From Macrostomum lignano (Eukaryota): a DNA stretch of 64,000 nucleotides. Numbering within the stretch: the first letter of the stretch is position 1; each line of letters opens with the position of its first letter. Shown one piece after another: positions 1 through 12,984 of the stretch. A program made the translations under genes and the position numbers. The DNA lies in NCBI GenBank assembly GCA_002269645.1, contig NIVC01003533.1, forward strand, positions 1-64,000, given 5' to 3'. Below the pieces are notes generated by a model, which did not search any database, was not told the DNA's origin, and saw nothing but the letters and a program-made list of their open reading frames with translations.

Positions 1-478
1 CCAGGAATCTTCCCCAGATTTTCAAAATCTTCCCCAGATTTCCAAAAATCTTCCCCAGATTTCAGGAATCTTCCCCAGATTTCCAAAAAATCTCTCCCCA
101 GATTTCCAGGAATCTTCCCCAGATTTTCAGGAATCTTCCCCAGATTTCCAAAAATCTTCCCCAGATTTCCAGGAATCTTCCCCAGATTTTCAGGAATCTT
201 CCCCAGATTTCCAAAAATCTTCCCCAGATTTCCAGGAATCTTCCCCAGATTTCCAAAAATCTTCCCCAGATTTTCAGGAATCTTCCCCAGATTTCCAAAA
301 ATCTTCCCCAGATTTCCAGGAATCTTCCCCAGATTTTCAGGAATCTTCCCCAGATTTCCAAAAATCTTCCCCAGATTTTCAGGAATCTTCCCCAGATTTC
401 CAAAAATCTTCCCCAGATTTCCAGGAATCTTCCCCAGATTTCCAGGAATCTTCCCCAGATTTTCAGGAATCTTCCTCA
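1..478. repeat. Intronic minisatellite, 21-22 nt unit (AATCTTCCCCAGATTTTCAGG)
   Basis: Direct tandem repetition; lies upstream of the first visible exon of the Ig gene. Confidence 0.95.
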
Positions 479-563
479 AATACAGACTTCTTCCAAATAT
501 TCCTAAGAATTCTCCCCAAATTCATTCCCAGATCTCCTACTACTCCTCAATATCCCTCTCCAG

Positions 564-695
564 ACGAGCCAGTCGTGGCGCAGCCGAGGCCGCTGGTGCT
601 GGAGCTGGGTGCCGAGTCTGCAGTTGAGTGCTCCGCCAGAGGCAACCCGACGCCACTGGTTCACCTGGCCGACTCCGAAGGCAACTCACTATCAG
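564..695 (+). CDS. Echinoid/nephrin-like Ig-FN3 receptor, internal exon (Ig domain, first half)
   Basis: ctccag acceptor and gtgag donor; EPVVAQPRPLVLELGAESAVECSARGNPTP is an Ig B/C-strand motif; phase 1 matches the next exon. Confidence 0.85.
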
Positions 696-802
696 GTGAG
701 AGCCCTCAAATTATCAAGACAATTTGCTCGCTACTCTACTCAATAACCGTGTACAGTAGTAGTAAAAATGGGATTTCTTCTTTTTAATTCGAAATTTCGC
801 AG

Positions 803-1360
803 CCGAAAGCCTGGGCGTCGGGCGGCACCGCCTGCGGGCACAGCGCAGGAACCAGTCGGGCCGCTACCTCTGCGTCGGCGCCAACTCCGTCGGCACCATC
901 AACGCCAGCTTCTCACTCGACGTCCAGTACGGCCCGCTGGTCAGCGCGCCAAGTCAGCTGACTGTGCGCGCCGGCGCCAGCCTTGAAGCCGACTGCGCGG
1001 CCGACGCCAATCCGCCGCCGACGGCCGAAGCCGAATGGCGTCACGTGACCGCTGAAGGCGATGGCGGGCGCCGTCTGATTGGCCGGCGGCTCCGCCTGGA
1101 GGCGGTCAGCCGCTCCGACGCCGGCGTGTGGCGCTGCCAGTTCGAGAATCGGCTGAGCGACGAGGCCGCAGTGGCAGCGGCGACGGCGGTCGGCGGCGAT
1201 GACGACAGACGGCGAGTTGGCTGGGCGGACGTGCGGGTGGTGGTTGAGTACCCGCCTGAGCAGCCGCGCATCGAAGCTGCCAAACAGCGCGACGGAGAGC
1301 TGAGCCTGCTGGCTGGCGACTCGGCGACTGTGGGCTGCGCGGCTAACGAGGGCTCGCCAG
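803..1360 (+). CDS. Ig-FN3 receptor exon (Ig domains)
   Basis: QSGRYLCVGANSVG, LDVQYGP, CAADANPPP and DAGVWRCQFENRL Ig motifs; canonical AG/GT; phase 1-1. Confidence 0.9.
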
Positions 1361-1399
1361 GTGGGACTGCGCGGTTTGGCTGCGTTGTCGTCGTAAACC

Positions 1400-1985
1400 C
1401 AAATTATGTCCTGAAAAATCAGCGAAATCTCACAACCATCTTTCTAAAGTCTCGTGAGAATCTCCTTGAAGTTTCACAATTACCCTCAACAGACCATTTC
1501 ACAGCTTTTCTGAAAATCGAAAGTTTTTTCTCATCCAAATCTCCCACGAAATCAATCCTATAAATTTGTTCGAATGCTATCTCTTCAAAATTTCAAAACT
1601 CTTCTCAGTCAAAACCTTACAAAATCTTACAAATCTCACCCTAAAGTCTCACAAATTTCTTTCCAAATCTCACCAATCTCTTCTCAAAATTTCACTAATC
1701 TCTGCTTTAAATTTAACGCACAAATATGTCTCCTCGAAATCTTACAAATTTCTACCTCTCTTCCAAAATCTCAGAAATCTCTCCCCAAAATCTCACTAAT
1801 CTCTTCCCCGAAATCTTAGAAATCTCTTCCCCAAAATCTCACAAATCTCTCACAAAAATCCCAGAAATCTCTTCCAAAAATATCAGAAATCTCTCCCCAA
1901 AATCTCACAAATCTCTCCCCCAAAATCTCACAAATCTCCCCCCCAAAATCTCACAAATCTCTCACAAAAATCCCTCAAAATCTCA
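1400..1985. repeat. Low-complexity AAATCTC-type degenerate repeat filling an intron
   Basis: Repeated aaatctc/aatctcac motifs between the donor at 1361 and the acceptor at 1991. Confidence 0.8.
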
Positions 1986-1991
1986 CCCCAG

Positions 1992-2403
1992 GCGTCCCTG
2001 CTCCCCGCCTCACCTGGAGCCGGCTGGTCAGCAGCGGCGGCAGCCAGCAGCAGCAGCCGGTCTCCGCATCTCCGCAGCTGTCATTCATCAACGCGAGCCT
2101 GCAGCAGGCGGGGCTGTATCTGTGCACCCCCGTCAACTCGCTGGGCACCGGCCAATCTGCCGCTCTTCGGGTCAGCGTCGAGCAGCCGCCTCGGTGGCTG
2201 GCGGCGCCACCGTTGGAAGCCGCACAGCGGACTGTGACGTCACCTGTGAACGCCAGCGACTTCCGGCTGGCCTGTCCGACCGCCTTGGCGCTGCCGGAAG
2301 CGACGGCGCGATGGCTGAAGGACGGCCATCAGCTGGGCGGTTCCGGTGGCTTCGGCTCCAGGTTCAGCGTGGTGTCGCGCTCGGAGCCGGCTGAGGGCGC
2401 CGG
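1992..2403 (+). CDS. Ig-FN3 receptor exon
   Basis: GVPAPRLTW, QAGLYLCTPVNSLG, VSVEQPP, RWLKDG; cccag acceptor, gtgagg donor; phase 1-2. Confidence 0.9.
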
Positions 2404-2415
2404 GTGAGGCTGCGG

Positions 2416-2855
2416 CTTCCATTCTGTAGATGCTTCCATTCTGTAGATGCTTCCATTCTGTAGATGCTTCCATTTCTGTAGATGCTTCCATTCTGTAGAT
2501 GCTTCCATTTCTGTAGATGCTTCCATTCTGTAGATGCTTCCATTCTGTAGATGCTTCCATTCTGTAGATGCTTCCATTTCTGTAGATGCTTCCATTCTGT
2601 AGATGCTTCCATTTCTGTAGATGCTTCCATTCTGTAGATGCTTCCATTCTGTAGATGCTTCCATTCTGTAGATGCTTCCATTCTGTAGATGCTTCCATTC
2701 TGTAGATGCTTCCATTCTGTAGATGCTTCCATTCTGTAGATGCTTCCATTCTGTAGATGCTTCCATTCTGTAGATGCTTCCGTTCTGTAGATGCTTCCAT
2801 TTCTGTAGATGCTTCCGTTCTGTAGATGCTTCCATTTCTGTAGATGCTTCCATTC
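2416..2855. repeat. Intronic minisatellite, 17-18 nt unit (TTCCATTCTGTAGATGC)
   Basis: About 25 tandem copies. Confidence 0.95.
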
Positions 2856-2887
2856 TGTTGATACCTCCAATCTCCCCGTTGTCCCAG

Positions 2888-3024
2888 GATGCTCATCACC
2901 AGCCACCTTCACTTTCGCGGGGCGGACCGGCTCCGACTGCAGCCGGAGGACAACGGGCGCTACCAGTGCGAGCTCAGCAACCGGCACGGGAGGCTGGTAA
3001 CCGAGCTGCTGCTGCTGGTGGAGT
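2888..3024 (+). CDS. Ig-FN3 receptor exon
   Basis: LQPEDNGRYQCELSNRHG Ig F-strand motif; phase 2-1. Confidence 0.9.
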
Positions 3025-3169
3025 GTGAGTGCTGGAACTGTTCGACTGTCACTCATCCAATCAGAGTGACAGATACCCATTCAGCCAGAGTGACAGATTC
3101 CCATCCAGTCAGAGTGACAGACACCCATACAGTCAGAGTGACAAACCTCTTCTCCCCGGTCCCAACCAG

Positions 3170-3678
3170 TTCCTCCCCAGATGGAGCCAGGCCGGAGCAA
3201 GGTGGCCGCTCCATCATCCGGAGATGCTGGCATCACCCTGAGCTGCTCAGCCTCCGGGCAGCCGCCGCCCGTTCTGTCCTGGCAGTTCAACGGAGCCACC
3301 GCCGTCGCTGCCGCCGACGCCACAACAACCGTCGAAGAGGATCCGCCCTACAGACGCTCGAGTCGTCTAGACGGAGTCAGAGCCCTGGGCACCTACTCCT
3401 GCATAGCAACCAACCCCCTGGGCGCCGCTCGCTGGGACATTCTCCTGGTGCCGCCTGGACCGCCCGATCCGCCGGAGTCCCTGACCGTCACCGACGTCGG
3501 CTGGGACTTCGTCACGGTCGTCTGGCAGCGCGGATTCGACGGCGGCAGTCCGGCCCGGCACCGGCTGCTGGCTGCCGAGGTCGGCGGCGCCGGAAATTTC
3601 AGCTGGCCAGCCGACCCGGCGTCGCAGGCAGCGGCCAACGCCACTGGGCTGATGCCAGGGGTCAACTACACGTTTCAG
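3170..3678 (+). CDS. Ig-FN3 receptor exon (last Ig domain plus first FN3)
   Basis: VE/FPPQ junction, LSCSASGQPPPVLSW, GTYSCIATNPLG, PPDPPESLTV...VVWQRGFDGG...GLMPGVNYTFQ; phase 1-0. Confidence 0.9.
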
Positions 3679-3789
3679 GTGCGCAATAAATCTACGACTA
3701 CCATTTACCTTTCGTTCCGCTTACCTCGGCCCTTACCTCAGATCTCTACATTTAATTACCACCGTAATGAATGTTTACCCTCTACTACC

Positions 3790-4035
3790 CTCGCCTCTAA
3801 TTAATCTTGCCTTTAATTAACCTTGCCTCTAATTAACTTTGCCTCTAATTAACCCTGCCTCTAATTACCTTTACCTCTAATTACCCTGCCTCTAATTACC
3901 TTTACCTCTAATTACCCTCGTCTCTATTACCCTTGCCTCTGCCTCTAATTACCCTCGCCTCTAACTACCCTTGCCTCTAATTACCCTTGCCTCTAATTAC
4001 CCTTGCCTCTAATTACCCTTGCCTCTAATTGCCTT
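3790..4035. repeat. Intronic minisatellite, about 16 nt (GCCTCTAATTACCCTT)
   Basis: Tandem repetition. Confidence 0.9.
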
Positions 4036-4123
4036 GGTACTTAATTGCCAACAATTCACTCCGCTCTCTCAGGTAACTGCACCGCCTATTATCACTCAAC
4101 ACGGCGCCTCACCCCTCTGGCAG

Positions 4124-4451
4124 GTGTACGCCGAGAGCAGGCTGGGCCGCAGCGGTCTCAGCCAGCCGGTGTGGCGGATGACTCCGGCGCTGTCGCTGCC
4201 CAAGCCCAGCCGAGTCCAGCTGACCCAGTCGGGCAGCCTGCAGGTGACCGCACTGGACAGTTTTTGCTTGCGGGTGGAGAGCTCCGAGGATGGCGGGACC
4301 AGCTGGTCCGTCTACCAGTTCTGCCTGCCGTCTGGCAGCGTCGAGTTGACCAGCGTGGACCGGCGGCTGATGTACCGGGCGTCGCTGTGCCTGACCCACC
4401 GGCCCGAGGTCTGCGGCTTGCCGACTGTGGCAGTTGGAGTCGCTGCAAGTA
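4124..4451 (+). CDS. Ig-FN3 receptor exon (end of FN3-1 and a Cys-containing FN3-like domain)
   Basis: YTFQ|VYAESRLGRS completes the FN3 motif; YRASLCLTHRPEVCG; gtgagt donor; phase 0-1. Confidence 0.85.
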
Positions 4452-4559
4452 GTGAGTAATGCTTGTTGCTATTATAAAGTTTCTTTTAGAAAACTTTTTT
4501 GTTTAACGTTGAAAATGTGAAGTAAATAAAACAAAATAGTCAGGTAGAGATAGACAAAA

Positions 4560-5140
4560 CCGGGTAGAGTCAGGTAGAGTCAGGTAGAGTCAGGTAGAGT
4601 CAGGTAGAGTCAGGTAGAGTCAGGTAGAGTCAGGTAGAGTCAGGTAGAGTCAGGTAGAATCAGGTAGAGTCAGGTAGAGTCAGGTAGAATCAGGTAGAGT
4701 CAGGTAGAGTCAGGTAGAATCAGGTAAAGTCAGGTAGAGTCAGGTAGAGTCAGGTAGAATCAGGTAGAGTCAGGTAGAGTCAGGTAGAGTCAGGTAGAGT
4801 CAGGTAGAATCAGGTAAAGTCAGGTAGAGTCAGGTAGAATCAGATAGAATCAGGTAGAGTAAGATAGAGTCAGGTAGAGTCTTGTAGAATCAGGTAGAGT
4901 CAGGTAGAATCAGGTAAAGTCAGGTAGAGTCAGGTAGAGTCAGGTAGAATCAGGTAGAGTCAGGTAGAGTCAGGTAGAGTCAGGTAGAGTCAGGTAGAAT
5001 CAGGTAAAGTCAGGTAGAGTCAGGTAGAATCAGGTAGAGATAGAAAAAACCAGGTAGAATCAGGTAGAGTCAGGTAGAATCAGGTAGAATCAAGTAGAGT
5101 CAGGTAGAGTCAGGTAGAGTCAGGTAGAGTCAGGTAGATC
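4560..5140. repeat. 9-10 nt tandem repeat (CAGGTAGAGT)
   Basis: More than 50 tandem copies. Confidence 0.95.
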
Positions 5141-6501
5141 CATATCAGGGTTAAGCCCATATTTAGGGATAATGGGGCCCAATGTAACATCAGGACAAAG
5201 ACGACAAAGACTAAGTAGTTCACAGCTCTCAGTCTTTGTGTGGAACAATAGAATCAGACAAGGACTGACAGCTTGGATGAGGTGGCGGGTGAAGGGAGAC
5301 ACGCGTGACGAATTCCGCTCACTCGCATCCGCGGGCATGGAATCGGGTCAGAGAGCTGCGGAAGTGGCGGGAGGCTTGCTATTTCCACCCCTCCCCATCA
5401 TGGACCCCTTCATCTTAGGGACTGAAAGCGAGCTGCATGATCTGTGTTTCTGCTAGATATTTAGAATTTTAATACAATGAGCCACATTGTCTGCATCACA
5501 GCTATGAGCAATGAATCCAGCTTCCGTTTCTCTCGTGAAAGTTTAGTCTCTTAGGGGAAGAATAGGGCTTTCTAGTCCAGGTGTTCAAGAGTCCATGGAG
5601 ACAGTTCTCAGCGGGATTGCTTTGTCAGGCGGGAGGCCCTCGCAGGTTGGGGAGGGGAGGCATCGTTTGCACCTGTGAAGACAGTTGGCTTGGGAAGGCC
5701 AAGTGCTCTGAGTCAGGCAGCTCAGCGGGGCGCAGGGCTGCTAGTTAGCCGCAGTTAGGGCAGGCAGAGGCGTTCAGTCGGAAGCCCCCCGGAAAACTGG
5801 GGTTCCCAGAATCTTCCCCAGGCTGACTGTATACAATTCTCCCAATCCCCGTCGCGGGCCATTGTTGGCCCCGCAAAGTCTTGTGCTTTTTCTGCATCTG
5901 CTATGCATTTGCGGGCAGATAGATGGATTGCCGCGCCTCTTCTTCTAGGGGAGAAAGAGACCGATGAAGAAATGGCGGCGGGGATGCTGGGAGACAGAAA
6001 AAAATAGGGAGGAAGGGTGGTGGAAGCTTTCGCGGTTTTTTCTTTCCCTGCCAATTGCTAAAGAAAGTTGCTTGCATTATTCCACACTTTTTTACAACTT
6101 AAATCGACTGAGGACTGCTATAGGAAGCTGGAGAATCGCTTGAATTTCCCCTGCAACCAATGATGATTAATGCTTTGATCCAGAGGTAAGATACTCACTC
6201 TAATCTACTATGTGCTCAGTTCCTCTCTGGCCAACCAACAACTTTCTATTCTTCCAGTTTAGTTTGCAGCGGATGATGCGAGAGCTAATGATGATGATGA
6301 TGATGATGATAATGAAGCTGGGCCCGTGAGAGATTGGGCCAACCACTCAGCCTCACTAACTACATTTAGCCAGGGAACGGAAACACGACACACAGGCATC
6401 GTTGGGCTTGAGCAAGTCATGGAGCTCTAAATATAGCATTCCGGATGCAGTGAAAACTGCCAAACTTCCATACCCCACTGAAATTCTACTAAGGTTTCCG
6501 A

Positions 6502-6890
6502 AATCCAGATTCTGCCTCTTGGAACTCCTTGGCTATATACAGCTGGGCTTAGTGAAAATGATGGTGGAAACAATCCAGATTCTGCCTCTTGGAACTCCTT
6601 GGCTATATACAGCTGGGCTTAGTGAAAATGATGGTGGAAACAATCCAGATTCTGCCTATTAGAACTCCTTGGCTATATACAGCTGGGCTTAGTGAAAATG
6701 ATGGTGGAAACAATCCAGATTCTGCCTATTAGAACTCCTTGGCTATATACAGCTGGGCTTAGTGAAAATGATGGTGGAAACAATCCAGATTCTGCCTATT
6801 AGAACTCCTTGGCTATATACAGCTGGGCTTAGTGAAAATGATGGTGGAAACAATCCAGATTCTGCCTATTAGAACTCCTTGGCTATACAG
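6502..6890. repeat. 70-nt tandem repeat, about 5.5 copies
   Basis: Units start at 6502, 6572, 6642, 6712, 6782 and 6852; near identical. Confidence 0.95.
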
Positions 6891-7419
6891 CTAGGCTAGT
6901 GTCAGATTTTTGGTCCACAGCCGCCGTGTCAGAGCGAATTGAGAACAGACGAAACCGGAGCAAGAGAGGAGGACAGCTAGAAGAGGCCTCAGAAACAATG
7001 GGAATCGACAGCTCCCATCGTCCTCGCCACATCTCTTTTCCCCAAAGGGATTTGAACACGCGCTGGTCCAGCCAAATGGGGTTGAGGAGGTGGGAATTGA
7101 AAAGCCGTGAGCAGGAGAGGCGGAAAGACTGCAGACAATCCAGACCTCATCATTTCCAAGTACCCACTGCCCCCATCAAGCGGATCGAAGCTTTCACACT
7201 TCCCATGCCAACAATGGAGAATGGCTTTCTCGCGTTTGCAATGGAAATAGTCATATTTCTCATCCCCACTTCTGCAAACTGATTGCGATTTGAATTTTCT
7301 GCTAAGCCTCAAAATCCCATCTAAGCCTCCGCACTTCACAACTTCAATACTCCCCAACTGGCTCACTTCCCAACTGTCTCACTCCCCAGCTGGCTTACTC
7401 CCCTATCCACAGACCAAAC

Positions 7420-7960
7420 AACCCCACCACCCAAAACCCCAACAACCCCCACACCCACAACCCCAACAACCCCCACACCCACAACCCCAACACAGTCCCC
7501 ACACCCACAACCCCAACAGTCCCCACACTCACAACCTCAATAACCCCCACACCCACAACCCCAACAACCCCCACACCCACAACCCAACAGCCCCCACACT
7601 CACAACCTCAATAACCCCCACACCCACAACCCCAACAACCCCCACACCCACAACCCCAACAGCCCCCACACCCACAACCCCAACAGCCCCCACACCCACA
7701 ACCCCAACAGCCCCCACACCCACAACCTCAATAACCCCCACACCCACAACCCCAACAGCCCCCACACTCACAACCTCAATAACCCCCACACCCACAACCC
7801 AACAACCCCACACCCACAACCCCAACAGCCCCACACCCACAACCCCAACAGCCCCACACCCACAACCTCAATAACCCCCACACCCACAACCCCAACAGCC
7901 CCCACACCCACAACCTCAATAACCCCCACCACCCACAACCCCAACAGCCCCCACACTCAT
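7420..7960. repeat. C/A-rich minisatellite (CCCACACCCACAACCCCAACAGC variants)
   Basis: Tandem repetition. Confidence 0.9.
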
Positions 7961-8409
7961 AAGCGCATGAATTACAGCAGTAAATTTTCGTCCGACCAAA
8001 ATTATAAATTGATAGCAGAAAGTGCAAAAACAGTCGTACTGATTGTCGAAGTCACTCTGGATAGATAAGAACGTGTATACAAGTGCTTGAGAGTGACACC
8101 CAGCACTCTGACCGCTAGAAAGACAGCAGGATGCCTTATCAGCTGGGCCACAATTGGCAGTGGCCGAGATGCGGCTTTTCCGGACCTCCGTCTCCGTCTG
8201 GGGGTCGGTTAGGCAAGGCAATATCCCCCAGCAGTTTCTGGGCAAAGAAGCTTGCGCGAGTCTCACCCATCCCGCCTGTGCAGACTGGGAAGTTGTTCCC
8301 CGGTTCCCAACCAGCCATGCCATTTGCTCCCCATCCTGCGGATTATCTATCTCCCATCCAAGATTATAATGCTACTGTATTTTCAACTAAACAAGATGTC
8401 TGTCTGGAT

Positions 8410-8760
<351 letters not shown>

Positions 8761-10170
8761 GTCTCAGCACCTGCCCGCCTGTCCCAGCCGGCTCAATGGA
8801 TCGTCAGCGCTGCCTCTCCTGGCCCAGGGAATCCTAAAGTCTTCAGTGTTCCCTGCCTGGCCAAACTATTGAACAGCCCTGCTTATTTACAAGCCCCGGC
8901 CATCTCCAGCAACTCGGGCCGCACTTTGCCGACCCTCAAACAGCAAAGCAGAAAGTAGGAAGGCGGCGGGGGGAAAAATTCACGGACGCCTTTGTTCTCC
9001 CACCCGGCTTCCGCCGTGAGAGTTTCATTCTTTCTTCCCGTCGCCTATTGCGGAATTATTAACAAAAATAAATCGCTAAAACCGCGGGGAGCCTCAGGCT
9101 GGAAGAGTTGGGGATTAAGGCTTCAGAATTCGACGCCTTCACTTTCGCAACCGGCGGACCACCCTGGGAACAACTGGCAGGATGTTTAGATCCCCCGAGT
9201 GACTAATAATTTGCTCTTCAGCCTCCCAGCCGCAGCCGCCTGCCGAATCAGTTTGCTTATTTATGCAGGCCATGGACGTCTGTAAGTTCTGCGTCTGGAT
9301 TGGAAACTAAATATCCAACGATGGTCTTGTCCTGCAATGGAGACAGGAGGGAAGGAGATGAGGAAGATGGGAGAGAAGGGAGAGTGAGTGGGGAGGGAGA
9401 GAGGAGAAAGGAGATGGGGGAGGGGAGAGGGTAGTGAGAAGAGAGGAGAGAGTGGAGAAGGGAGATAAGAGCTAAGATATGGGGGAGAAGGGAGAGCAGA
9501 GCGGGGAGTGCAGCTGATAGGTGAGTGATTGGAGAGACTCTCAATTATTCCGAATTCACTTCTCCCATTACATGCCCGCAGCCCAAACGATATGCAAGAT
9601 AAATAAATTAGTCAAGAACTGTAGCAAATGAGTCCCATTTAAGAGTTCAAATGCGCAGTCGAGTTAAAAAATCGATTGCCTCTCGTCCAGATATTTGAAT
9701 CGAGTAGTCCTTGATGCAAGCAAATCGAAAAGGGACACAAAGACCGCGCATTGGATCAAGAAGACTGTCTGACTGTCTGCGTGTGTGATTTTTTTCAAAT
9801 GCTAAACTGAGGCTTGGGTAGGCTTGCAGGGAGGATTATCGTGACGCTGTGGATGAGGCAGCGATCGTTCGGCTGGGGAGGCTTCGGTGGACAGGGGTTG
9901 GGATTTTCCTGGGTGTAGGGAAGTCTGATTGGCCTGGACAGTCAAGTCAATCTTCCCCTCCATAGTTCCCTGATATAGCCCAACTGGCGGAGTCTGCGAG
10001 CTAAGGAGTGAGAGAGAGAGGATCGACCCAAATAACAAAGGACACGACTGACGAATCCGTTAGAAACCATTTGAGCCAAAGAGGAAGATAAATTGCTCTC
10101 AGAGTAAGTCTCTGTGTCATTTCGCTTTGCACTTATCGGTCTGGTCAGCTCTGGCTATTCTTGTCTGTCC

Positions 10171-10202
<32 letters not shown>

Positions 10203-10205
10203 TAG

Positions 10206-10246
<41 letters not shown>

Positions 10247-10689
10247 TGGCGTATATTGTGACCCTAAAATTTTCCTTCATCCATTGCCAGTCTCCAAAGT
10301 TGACCCGAGCTCTCAGATTCTTGAAGAGGATTTGTTTGGCTCTCCGACCCCCTGGCCTTCCCTCTGCAGTCTCCAATCGGCCCCAGAATTCATCGCTGAT
10401 TGAAGAGTGCGGAAACGAGCGCTGCCTCCGACTGATGAATAAGCAAATCGTTGGCTGCTAACGAGTTGCCATGCGCCATTCCGGGTCAGGAAAAGTGGGA
10501 AACCGAGGCGGGGAAATGTCCTCTTCTCCCTCCATCATTAGCGCCCGCGACTCAATGAAATTCGCAATCACGCTGCCGGACTTGAAACTCGAAATATTTT
10601 TGTCAGTCAATCCTCAGGGGGGCGGAGCTCTGGGCTTAAAGCTAAATTGCAGTGTCAAATTGCGTAACTCAGTTGCACCGCCTTCTCCT

Positions 10690-11435
10690 GGAGGGTGTAG
10701 TCTGGAGGGTGTAGTCTGGAGGGTGTAGTCTGGAGGGTATAGCCTGGAGGATATAGTCTGGGGGATAGTCTGGGGGATAGTCTGGGGGATAGTCAGGAGG
10801 GTACAGTCTGGAGGGTGTAGTCTGGAGGGTATAGTCTGGAGGGATAGTCTGGAGGGATAGTCAGGAGGGTACAGTCTGGAGGGTGTAGTCTGGAGGGTAT
10901 AGTCTGGAGGATATAGTCTGGGGGATAGTCTGGGGGATAGTCAGAAGGGTACAGTCTGGAGGGTGTAGTCTGGAGGGTATAGTCTGGAGGATATAGTCTG
11001 GGGGATAGTCTGGGGGATAGTCAGGAGGGTACAGTCTGGAGGGTGTAGTCTGGAGGGTATAGTCTGGAGGGATAGTCTGGAGGGATAGTCAGGAGGGTAC
11101 AGTCTGGAGGGTGTAGTCTGGAGGGTATAGTCTGGAGGGATAGTCTGGAGGGATAGTCAGGAGGGTACAGTCTGGAGGGTGTAGTCTGGAGGGTATAGTC
11201 TGGAGGGATAGTCTGGAGGGATAGTCAGGAGGGTACAGTCTGGAGGGTGTAGTCTGGAGGGTATAGTCTGGAGGGATAGTCTGGAGGGATAGTCAGGAGG
11301 GTACAGTCTGGAGGGTGTAGTCTGGAGGGTATAGTGGGAAATAGTCTGGAGGGTATAGTCTGGAGGGATAGTCTGGGGGATATAGTCTGGAGGGTACAGT
11401 CTGGAGGGTGTAGTCTGGAGGGTATAGTCCGGAGG
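10690..11435. repeat. 13-14 nt repeat (TCTGGAGGGTRTAG) with a 68-nt higher-order period
   Basis: The TCAGGAGGGTACAG variant recurs every 68 nt over much of the array. Confidence 0.9.
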
Positions 11436-11869
11436 GTAGAGCAGTCATTGGTCAAATAAGTTCTTGAAACTTGATAACAAAAGCAATAAATTAGAATCCA
11501 GCCAATCAGCTGAACTCACAGAGAAAAGGTGAGCACTTTGTCAGAAATTGCTTACAAAAGAGCTCAAAGTCGGACAGAACTGAGGAGAGCAGCATTTGAA
11601 TAGAGGGGCGGGGCCAAATGTCGAAGAGAGCTTCCGTCGATTTTTCTCGCAAGAAATTTTCCCCAATAATCCCAGCGGGGTTTCTTTCAGAGATTTTTTC
11701 AAGTGGCCTTAACTTACTTTTTCCCTCTCGGTCTGCCGGACAGTATTTGAACTGCGGCTCGCGTGATGTTGGATGGTGGCTGATAGGGGCCTGAATTTAT
11801 GAAAGATGAAAAAAACCGATGTAAAAATCGGAGAAAGTTGATAAGTACAGAAAGAAAAAGTGACAAAGG

Positions 11870-12420
11870 CGGTAGAGAGAGTGTAGAGATAGTAGAGAGG
11901 GTAGAGAGGGTAGAGAGAAGGTAGAGAGAGGGTAGAGAGAGGGGGTAGAGAGAGGGTAGAGATAGGGTAGAGAGAGGGTAGAGAGAGGGTAGAGAGAGGG
12001 TAGAGAGAGGGTAGAGAGAGGGTAGAGAGAGGGTAGAGAGAGAGGATAGAGAGGGTAGAGAGAGGGTAGAGAGAGGGTAGAGAGAGAGGATAGAGAGGGT
12101 AGAGAGAGGGTAGAGAGAGGGTAGAGAGAGAGGATAGAGAGAGTGTAGAGATAGTAGAGAGGGTAGAGAGCGGGTAGAGAGAGGGTAGAGAGAGGGTAGA
12201 GAGAGAGGATAGAGAGGGTAGAGAGAGGGTAGAGAGAGGGTAGAGAGAGAGGATAGAGAGAGTGTAGAGATAGTAGAGAGGGTAGAGAGAGGGTAGAGAG
12301 AGGGTAGAGAGAGGATAGAGAGGGTAGAGAGGGTAGAGAGAAGGTAGAGAGAGGATAGAGAGGGTAGAGAGAGGGTAGAGAGAGAGGGTAGAGAGAGGGT
12401 AGAGAGAGGATAGAGAGGTT
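11870..12420. repeat. Purine-rich GGTAGAGAGAG repeat
   Basis: Direct reading. Confidence 0.9.
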
Positions 12421-12984
12421 TTAGGGGAGAACAGTTATTACTAAAGTTCTGAATTTTGCAAGGCTAAAAAGTATTCCCGAATAAATATTGAATACTTCCT
12501 AATGAACAGCCTAAACAGATCGAAATTTCCGAAGTTCGAGAAGGCAGCGCTGCGCAAAAAAGTCTGTTTGTGGTGGGGGGAATTATTTTCGTCTATTTTG
12601 CATCTAAAGACACGGAGTACTATACCATGGAACACCAGATCTAGAAACTGGTTCAGGAGCCATCAAATTGCAGGCGTTTCTGTATCCCAGAAAGCCTCAC
12701 TAATATATAAATTTTCGAATAGACCACACCAAAATCAGCTTGCAGTGCCATCCCCCAGTGCAGTAAACATTTCCCTTTGACCTACCGAGTTTTTTATTTC
12801 GGAGGCTACAAAATGCTAGGCAGGTTTTTTCTGACGAAGAGTGTTTACCTGACTGCAGGCAGACCCACTTCGCCTGTCTCTGATCCTATCTGGCTCCTTT
12901 CTCCCCTTATCTGCCTCACTGTCGCCTCGCTTCTCTGCTTCTTACTTGGACGAAAGCCGCTTGACAACTGAATTTGCTGCCAGA

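Noticed and set aside
6186-6430. Possible alternative terminal exon (acceptor near 6270, DDARANDDDD...VMEL*) giving a soluble receptor isoform
   Set aside because: Phase fits, but the content is a GAT microsatellite and there is no independent support
6502-6890. 70-nt repeats and other regular arrays as CRISPR-like loci
   Set aside because: Units are contiguous with no unique spacers, there are no cas genes, and the context is eukaryotic
10041-10128. Hammerhead-like core CTGACGA...GAAAC...GTC
   Set aside because: Stem II cannot form and stem III mismatches next to the core
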